Part shown: positions 43,745-64,000 of the stretch, piece by piece | Layout of the letters: each line of letters starts with the position of its first letter | Numbering within the stretch: the first letter of the stretch is position 1 | NCBI GenBank assembly: GCA_039096225.1 | Contig: JBBPEB010000014.1 | Span: forward strand, 1,550,001-1,614,000 | Reading direction: 5' to 3' | DNA: 64,000 bases | From: Blastocystis sp. Blastoise | Lineage: Eukaryota > Protista > Bigyra: Opalinata | Notes under the pieces: model-generated | What the model was told of the DNA's origin: nothing | Database searches by the model: none | What the model saw: the letters and a program-made list of their open reading frames with translations, nothing else | Made by a program: the position numbers and the translations under genes

Positions 43745-44253
43745 TTTTAATAATAAATCGTATAAAATGGATTCTAATATTAAAGAAAGATATTCAATAA
43801 AAAATTCATATTTTTCTCATTTCAAAAGAATATTGTTTTCTAGTCAAATATTGTGTTTCCCCGTGGAACTCTCGATTGATTCTGGGAAATCTTAGATTTA
43901 GCAAGATCTTCACTTATAATCAAAATTATTATCAGATGTTGTTGGCATTGTTTAAGAAACACGGGATTGGTTCTCTACTGGAAGAATTGCATTATTTCTC
44001 TGATAATAAACAACAGCAAACGAATAATAAAACACAAAACACACATTATATTTATTTTATTTTTCTTTATCATTATTATCAATTCTTTTATTTAATAAAA
44101 ATATAATTGTTTTGTTAAAAATGTTGAATAAATTTTAAAATAATAATAAACTAAACAAAATAGAATAAGAATATTGCGGAAAAAAATTATTATGTTCTAA
44201 TACAAAATTATTTAAATTATACTACAAGAAGTTTAAAATTCATATAAAGGAAT

Positions 44254-46439
<2,186 letters not shown>

Positions 46440-48146
46440 ATGATGGTAAGTGTTCATTTACATTAACAAGGTTTATACTATAAAATAATATATATGTATA
46501 GCCTGTTACAGTTGCCATGAAGGGTATGAACTTTGCCCGTTGTTTTGCCTCTGCTAGTAAGGTCAACAAGGTTTCTCTTGTTACTTACTTAAAGACTCAC
46601 GATATTAAAGGAAAGAGAGTTTTTGTTCGTTCTGATTTAAACGTTCCTCTTTCTAAGGATGGTAAGAAGACTATTACTGATGATACCCGTATCGTTGAAG
46701 CTTTACCTACTCTTAGAGTATATTTTTGTTCAATTAATATTTAATCTGTTTTTAAAGTGTGATTAATTAATATTTTTTAGTATTTTTTAATATTTGTCCT
46801 ATGAAAAATAATATATTGAGTATATTAATTTATTGATTATCTATAGCTTTTAACTGAACACGGAGCTAAAGTCGTTCTTTGTACTCACTTAGGTAAACCT
46901 AAGAAGGGACCTGATGCTGCTCTTACTCTTGATCCCGTATATATATATTTTTTTATTTATATTTGTATTTTTCTATTTTTTTTTTTTATTTATTTATTTT
47001 TTTTTATTTATTAATTATACTTTATAATATAGTAGATACATATTATTTATATAAATTTATTTTATACTATTTAGGTTGCTGCTCGTTTATCTGCTCTTTT
47101 AAATAAGAACGTTATTAAGACTTCTGAAGTTACTGGTCCTAATGTTGCTGCTCAAGTCAATTCTATGAAGAATGGTGATATTGTTCTTCTTGAAAACGTT
47201 CGTTTTGATGCTGGTGAAACTAAGAATAAGCCTGAATTTGTTCAAGCTCTTTGTGATTGTGTAAAACCTGAATTATATGTCAATGATGCTTTTGGTACTG
47301 CTCATAGAGCTCATGCTTCTACTGCTGGTATTGCCTCTAAAGTACCTGTTGCTATGTCCGGTATTTTATTAGAAAAGGAATTAAAGTACTTATATGGTGC
47401 TATTGATGAACCTAAGAGACCTCTTGCTGCTATTGTCGGTGGTGCTAAAGTCTCTACTAAATTACCTGTTTTAGAATCTTTAATGAATAAATGTGAAACT
47501 ATTCTTGTTGGTGGTGGTATGATCTTCACCTTCTACAAGGCTCTTGGTCTTAACATTGGTTCTTCTCTTGTTGAAGTATATATATGTTTTTTTTTTTTTT
47601 TTTTTTTTTACTAATAATAATTATTTATTTATTTTTATTCTATTAATTTTATATATATCTATTATATAGGAAGATTTAGTTACTAAAGCTGGTGAAATTG
47701 TTAAACTTGCTAAATCTAAAGGTGTTGAATTTATCCTTCCTACTGATGTTGTAATTGCTAATAAATTTGCTGCTGATGCTGAATCTAAGACTGTTGATAT
47801 CCATGCTATTCCTGATGGTTGGATGGGTTTAGATATTGGTGCTAACTCTGTTGATGCTTTCAAGGCTGCTATTAATAAGTCTAATACTATTGTTTGGAAT
47901 GGTCCTATGGGTGTCTTCGAATTCCCTAAGTTTGCTAAGGGTACTGTTGCTATTGCTGAAGCTATTGCTGAACGTACTGAAAAGGCTGGAGCTATTTCTA
48001 TTATTGGTGGAGGTGATTCTGTTTCTGCTGTTAAGAAGGCTGGAGTTGCTAAGAAGATTTCTCATATTTCTACTGGTGGTGGTGCTTCTCTTGAAGTCCT
48101 TGAAGGTAAATTACTTCCTGGTGTTGCCGCTCTTACCGATGCTTAA
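46440..48146 (+). CDS. PGK: Phosphoglycerate kinase with mitochondrial presequence
   Basis: ATGATG|GTAAGT first exon gives [22 protein letters not shown]; [59 protein letters not shown]. Confidence 0.97.
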
Positions 48147-48946
48147 ATTCTTTCATACATAGTTGCTTGAGTAATATCTCTTTTTTAAAGTATATTTTTT
48201 TGTGTAATATATACAATTTAAAACCGTAAAATATATTATTTGTTGTGTTTGCTTTTTTTATAAATTTAAAAATGTATATTTTATAAATATTAAAAAAATA
48301 GAAATTTGTTTAATAAAGTTATAAAAAAAATTAAGGATTTTCAAAACAAAAAATATAGACTAGAAGATAATATATATAAAAAATAACATTTTCTTGTATA
48401 ACCAAAATATATTTTGCTTTATTCTAATAAAAATTATATATATATACTTTTGATATAATAAAAACATTTGAACACATAATATACATATATATATATCACT
48501 TTTTCAGATTTCATTATATAATTAAACTCTTGTTTATATAATTTTATCAAATATGTGTCTACTATCCTATCTACGTTACATACATATATTTTTCTTATAT
48601 TATAAATCAATGTTGTTTTCAGAATACACAAAATTCCATTAATATCAATATATGAATATATCTATATTATCTTATGATATATTGTGACTTTATATAAATT
48701 AATGATATATTATCTACTCATACAGAAAACAAATATAATACGAATTAAGAAAACAAAAAATATTTTTGAAAATTTAAAAATAGTAACTATCAAATGAATA
48801 GTTTACCATGAATTTTTTCTTGTTCTAGTTCATTTTCTTTATAAATTTTATTCTTTTGATTAAAAGTGTAACAAATTGCTTATATTTTTGTATTTTAAAG
48901 AATTTATTTTATAAACTGTCATTGAAAGTAATTCTTAACACATAAA

Positions 48947-49412
48947 ATGAATAATTTTTCTTCTGTTGCAACACTTGTCTTTGAATTAGACAGTACGTAT
49001 TCATTCTCTTATGTTTCTTTTTCTTATGTACATAAATAGAATATATTGTTCTTCAAATGAATGATAAAAGACAAGTTTTTGGTATTTTAAGATCTTTTGA
49101 TCAATACTGTAATCTTGTTCTTGAACAATCTGCAGAACGAAAATATGTTGATGATAAATATTGTGATATTCCTTTAGGTGTTCAAATTATTCGAGGTGAT
49201 GAAATATGTATATTAGGAGAGATTGTATGATATTTAAAAATATAAATATAAAATCTTGAATTTAATATAACTATTTTTTTATAAATTTCATTTAGGATCC
49301 AGAAGAATTGATGAAACCTATTCCTGGTATGACTAGAACTACAATTGAAGGATTACTTGGTGGTGATGAAGAAGAACCTAATGAATCCGAAGAAACAAAA
49401 ACTGAACAATAA
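48947..49412 (+). CDS. LSM1: Sm-like protein LSM1 (3 exons; missed by the ORF track)
   Basis: ATLVFELDKYIVLQMNDKRQVFGILRSFDQYCNLVLEQSAERKYVDDKYCDIPLGVQIIRGDEICILGEID. Confidence 0.9.
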
Positions 49413-49743
49413 ATGAAATATTTTTAAATAATAAAAAAAAAGAAATATATATTAATGATAATAGTTATTGTTCTTTATCAACATTTTTTTTTTCTATCTA
49501 CATGACATTTAATAATAATTGAACTTTTACCTTTTTTCTTGTCTTTCTCTTTTATTTCATTCTGTGGATTAGTCATATGTTCTATAATTTTCTTTGCTCA
49601 TTTAAAAAAAAAATTAAATATATATCCGAATTGTTTTCTTTTTTTTTGGCTTGTAAATTACTTTTAAACAACAATTTCTTTATATTTCTTCATTATAAAA
49701 ATGAATAATCATGATATTTAAAAATTATATACATTACAATAAC

Positions 49744-50852
49744 TTAATGTTTTTTAGTTTGATTAGCAACTTTGTTAATAGAAGCTAAAATAGCATCTCT
49801 ATCACCTAAGTATCTATATAAAAAAAATACATAATATATATTAAGATAGTTTATTTATTCAATATATATATATTAAATAATAAGAATATATCGTATTTTC
49901 CTCTAAGAGGAGCAATAGCATCTTCATTAGCAATAACATTTCCTTCTTCATCAAAATCATAAACAAGAGGAACACCAGTAGGAATATTAAGACCAGTAAT
50001 ATCCTTTTCAGAAATATGATCAAGGTGCATAACAAGAGCTCTTAAAGAATTACCATGAGCAGCAATAACTATTCTCTTACCAGATTTAATCTTAGGGAAA
50101 ATTTCATTATCCCAAATAGGTAAGAATCTTTCACCTACATATAGTATTATAAAGATAATAATGATATACTATGAAGAAATAATAGTATATAAAAAAAGAT
50201 ATATATATATTTTTTATAACATACCAGTAGTCTTAAGAGATTCACATTTAGGAGCTTCTTCAACAGAAAGAGATTCATATCTATATATATATAATATATT
50301 TATTATAATATATTTAGTATTATATATAATAGTCTATAAATATCTACCTTCTATCATTCTTAGGATAATAAGGAGATTCTTCTTCAACAGCTGGAGGAGG
50401 TACATCATAAGAACGTCTCCAAACCATAACTTGATCGATACCAAATTTATCGACAGTTTCTTGTTTGTTTAAACCTTGAAGAGCACCATAATGTCTTTCA
50501 TTAAGTCTCCAAGTTCTAGTAACAGGAATCCACATTTGATCAGTTTCTTCTAAAGAAATCCAAAGAGTCTTTATAGCTCTCTTTAAAAGAGATGTATAGG
50601 CTTCATCAAAGACATAACTACCTTCCTTAAGAAGCTTACCAGCTTGATGAGCTTCAACTTCACCTATAAGAATATCAAACATAGAATAACAGTTTCATTC
50701 ATATAAATAATAATTATTATAAGTACATCAAAAAATACACCCTTAGCAGAAAGAGGAACATCAGTCCAACCAGTGAAGAGATTCTTACTATTCCATTCAG
50801 ATTCTCCGTGACGAATTAAAACTAATTGAGTGAAAACTTTTTTATCTGACAT
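49744..50852 (-). CDS. PGAM: Cofactor-dependent phosphoglycerate mutase (dPGM)
   Basis: [68 protein letters not shown]. No presequence seen; the last intron has a non-GT donor. Confidence 0.96.
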
Positions 50853-52045
50853 TATTAAGATAGAAACTATTAAAAAAAAACAATCTTTCTTCTTTCTCTT
50901 TTTTTTTTGGAACTTCAAGATATTTTTAGAGAACCAAACAAATGATTACACACCACATGTCATCGATGGTGTCATCACTATGAATAACGAATTATTTTTC
51001 ATTGGCTTCTTTTTTATTGGAATAACCATGATTTTTCGGTATTTTTTCTTAACAACACTTTTTTCATTATTCTTAATTGAATCGATTCATCTCTTACTAT
51101 TTAAATCTAATAAAAGCTAAAAATAATATTTAATCGATGTCCATACTTATAAGGTATATTCTAATCTTTATTTTTCATAGATTGCGAGAAAAATTATATA
51201 ATAATTATCCTATTTTTCACATATTTTGTTACTTTTTAAAGTTAGCATGAAGATAAATTGATTTAGTTTGCTAATCATGCCATTATTATTTTTATATCGT
51301 TCTTTATTATTTTATTTATAGAGTCTTTTCTACTTTAACTAATTTTTTATCCTATTCAAATTTAAAAGATCTTGAATCTCTATGTAGCAATCATAGAAAT
51401 ATAGTTCTTTATAAGAATCTCTCTTATAAGAATGCGAGTATCATGTTTATTCTTCTTTACTTGAATTGCTTCAAGAGTCTATTTTTAATACGATGTAGAG
51501 AACCGATTTATATTAAAATACTGTTGTATCATTCCTTTTATTCAAATGTATTTCAAGCTATCCTTTACATGAAATAATCATGAGAAACTTCATACTTCTC
51601 TTCATCACTGCATTTAAGGTTTCCTCTAATTAGATGATTATTTTTATAAGATAAAGACACAAATCAAGCTATAATTTGTCAATAATTTGTTTAGGAGTTA
51701 TAAAGAGAAAATTATATGTATTCAAGAATTGAAGACTTGAGGCTATGAGTGATTAATGTTTAAAAAAAACATTTTAATACGGGTCTTTAAAGTTAAATAA
51801 CGATAAACATGTTTTATTTAACAATAATTGGACTATTTTTTCATAATAGCTTCGCTGATTGGTTGCGAAAGAGATACTATTTGAAACCAACAAAAAAATG
51901 AGACATTGATTGGGGTTTTTTGAAAGTTTAGATTTTCCTATAGAAATAATGTAAAAAACCGTGATTTTTCACCTATTGAATGACAGTGCAATCAAATGGA
52001 AAGAAAGAACAAGTATTTTTCTTTATTTTTAATAGAATCTTAATA

Positions 52046-54173
52046 ATGGGTCAGCAACTCTCTTCTACAATGGATATCAACGAACCCAGAGCTACATTCC
52101 AGCTTCCTGGATGGTACTCTTCAGATGCTGAAATCACAGCTACAATAGTAAACATGCTTAATGCTTCTGTAGGTGCTTTGACTAATGGTGATAATGGCGT
52201 ATATCAAAGAATTTCTCAATTCTATCCAAATTATACTCCAATGATTTTTGTTAAAAAGCAATTTCAAACTAGATTATCCATTTTACATCCTGGATTTTTA
52301 AAATTCCTTAATTCAAATAATCCTAATCAAATGAATACCACACAACAAGATAATCCACAATTAGAAGTATAGTTGATACTATTCATTCATTCATATATTT
52401 ATTATTTTCTTTTTATATTATATATATATATTGATCTATATATAATCATATATATATATATATATAGAATTATTTTAAAACATTAGTAATAGATGGACCT
52501 GCTTATCTCTCTCAACTTCGTACAAAAGCTGTATATATATATATTTTTTTAAATATTCATTTTCTTTTTAATTATTTTGTTATTTTTAAATATTTAATTT
52601 CATGTATATATAATATTTTTTAATTTCATATATATAATATTTTTTAATTTCATATATATAATATTTTTAATTTCATATATATAGTATTTTAAATTTCATA
52701 TATATATTATTTATTTTGCTTTATATAAATAGACAATAATAGATTTCTTACATAAATTAGCTCAAGATTATCATACAATGTATAAAATGAATGTTTTCCT
52801 CTTTGCAGAGATCTCTTCGACTATTGTCGATATTATGTCAGACTGTCTCGGGTAAGAATAAAATATATACATTTATTTATTATTAAATTATTATTTATTA
52901 TTATAGTTGACAAATTATATATTTTTTTTATATATTGATTGTTAAGTTTTCTTCTCATTTAGATATATGTATATACTATTTAATATCGATTATAGTTATG
53001 ATTTCGCTGCTACTTATCAAGCTGCCTGGTATCAATATTTCTCTTGTCTTATTACTATCATGAAATCATTCCCAAGTATAGATTATATTATATTATATTA
53101 TTATATTATTATATTATATTATTGTTATTATTATTATTATATTATTGTTATTATTATTATTATATATTATTATTATTATTATATATTGTTATTATTATAA
53201 TATGTTGCTATTATTATATTATATTATATTATTATTATTATATATATAGATATTCAAGATGGAGCTAGTGTTTCCTTTATGACTCTTCGAGAATATATGA
53301 TTAATAAAAGTATATATATGTATAATTTTTTATCTTTATTTAAACGGTATTTATCTATATTTATTTTTCTTCTTCTTACTATTATTATACTTATTTTTAT
53401 TATATAGATTACCCCTTTATTGAGTTCTCTCAGGAACTTCTTGGCGTGAATCATCAGGTGATCGACTTACAACATCAATGGCTAGTCACTCTTCTTAATG
53501 TATATATATATATATATATATAATAATAATTATTATTATTATATAAGATCTATTTTTTTAAATACTAATTAAATTATTCTTAGTATTATTTATTTTTTTT
53601 TAATTGATTTTATTCCTTCTATATTATATAGGTATTAAATTGCATTATTTTAGATGATAACAACTTAGGTATTAATATGAATGATATATTTACCGCGCTT
53701 CGTGACTACAGTGCCCTCCATTTCTTCGAAGAAGAACAAATATTCTGTAAAGCAACGTATTTTTTATTATTCTATATATTATTATTATTATTATATTTAT
53801 TATTATTATTATTATCTGAGATAATAATATTATTATTATTATCTGAGCTATTATTATTATACTTATTATTATATTTATTATTATTATTATTATTATTATA
53901 TAGTGATTATCCTGAACGTGATTTTCATCTTCAACAACATCAAGTAATCTATATAAATAATATATAATTTATATAATTTATCTATAGGATTTCTTAAAGA
54001 AAGTAATTAAGACATCTAATGACATACAAGTAGTAACAAACGATGATCAATATCGTCAACTACTTCAAAGTACACTTACATATCTTGTACGATGGTTAAC
54101 CAATCATATTCGAGTTGTAGATAGAACTATGATGAAATATTGCTCAAAAGACAATTCAAATGCTAAAGTGTAA
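52046..54173 (+). CDS. Globin-like + hemerythrin fusion protein with N-myristoylation motif
   Basis: Nine exons joined by GT-AG with no stop. Hemerythrin motifs IDLQH, LHFFEEE, H.QQH, WLTNHIRVVD. Globin-like LHKLAQDYH....F..IS..IV..M..CLG.DF......AAW...FS.L..IM. Starts MGQQLS. Confidence 0.8.
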
Positions 54174-55020
54174 TTATTTCATACTCTCACAACATTCTCT
54201 AATCATTTGTCTTTCTATTAGCATCTTTATTTTTTTGCTACATTTTGTTGCTACTTTTTTTCTGTGTACTCTGTATATATCTTTCTTATTGTTTTTTAAA
54301 TATAAATTATATTATTTCATTTATTATTTTAAAATTCTATAAAAAACATATCAACTCAAAACAAAACACATAATAATATGTTAAATAATTGTCTCTTCTT
54401 TAATCAATTTCATTATTGAAATTAAAATTTCTATTTTTACAAAATACATAATCTAGCACAATAAAAAACAATTACACATTATATTTAAAATAGGATACTA
54501 TTCATAAAAATGGAAACAAAAAGCAAGAATGACATCAATTCTGACCTATGGCATCGTTTATAACTATTTCATCTATCTGACATCACGATTCTCAAGAAAG
54601 TGCATTAAGATTGTTGAAGATTCTCAATATCCTTCTGTATACTTTCGATTTCATTAATAATTTGTTGGTTTCTTAACTCCAAATCCTTCTTCTTTTCTGT
54701 CAATTGGTGAATCAAACGTAAAGCTACAAGTGTATTTTCACGATGAATCCTCTTTTCTTTTTCAGCATCCATAGTGTAATTTTAAATCAAAGAAAGTCAC
54801 TAAATAGGAAATAAATATCAAAAGAATTCAACTGTTATTAAAAAAATCAAACTAATTTCCATTTTTTGAGTCAAACTTGAAATAAAATCAAAGAAAAGTA
54901 ACATTTCCTTTCTTGTGTGCTTATTTGTGAACTTCATTAATTATCCTTTACAGTTAATATCATTTATTCAATAAATTGTCATAATCTATACTTTTATCAC
55001 AACATCTAATTAAAATTAAA

Positions 55021-64000
<8,980 letters not shown>

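Noticed and set aside
51980-52045. Upstream ATGs extending the globin-hemerythrin ORF
   Set aside because: The extension crosses an intron-like T-rich stretch, and MGQQLS is the more plausible start; 5' RACE is needed.
54350-55000. Complex intergenic sequence (also 16200-16600, 25900-26500, 51100-51950) as hidden ncRNA or small genes
   Set aside because: No recognisable RNA motif or spliceable ORF by eye; an Rfam/Infernal scan would be needed.

Overview
Very AT-rich, intron-dense eukaryotic nuclear DNA with about 21 protein-coding genes and one intron-containing tRNA-Tyr. A mitochondrion-targeted TPI-GAPDH fusion and U12-type introns point to a stramenopile, most plausibly a Blastocystis-like gut anaerobe (inference). 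Most short ORF-track entries are microsatellite artefacts, so I spliced the genes by hand. In order: FAM50/XAP5 (partial), UEV-like+kinase, PHO84-type transporter, Mpv17/PMP22, SHQ1, zf-HIT/zinc-knuckle protein, second UEV-like+kinase, PH-only protein, CK2 alpha, MMS2/UEV1, unknown protein, MFS transporter, GT61, Dam1-like+winged helix, tRNA-Tyr, PX+Rubicon-homology protein, TPI-GAPDH, PGK, LSM1, PGAM, globin-hemerythrin fusion, FIG4-like SAC phosphatase (partial). Main highlights: (1) a putatively myristoylated globin-hemerythrin fusion; (2) a glycolytic gene cluster; (3) two UEV-kinase fusions; (4) unusual splicing, namely GTATAT...ATATAG intron ends, two AT-AC introns, and several non-canonical junctions whose ends copy the flanking exon (real biology or a polishing artefact). 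All family calls are from motif recognition, not database searches.
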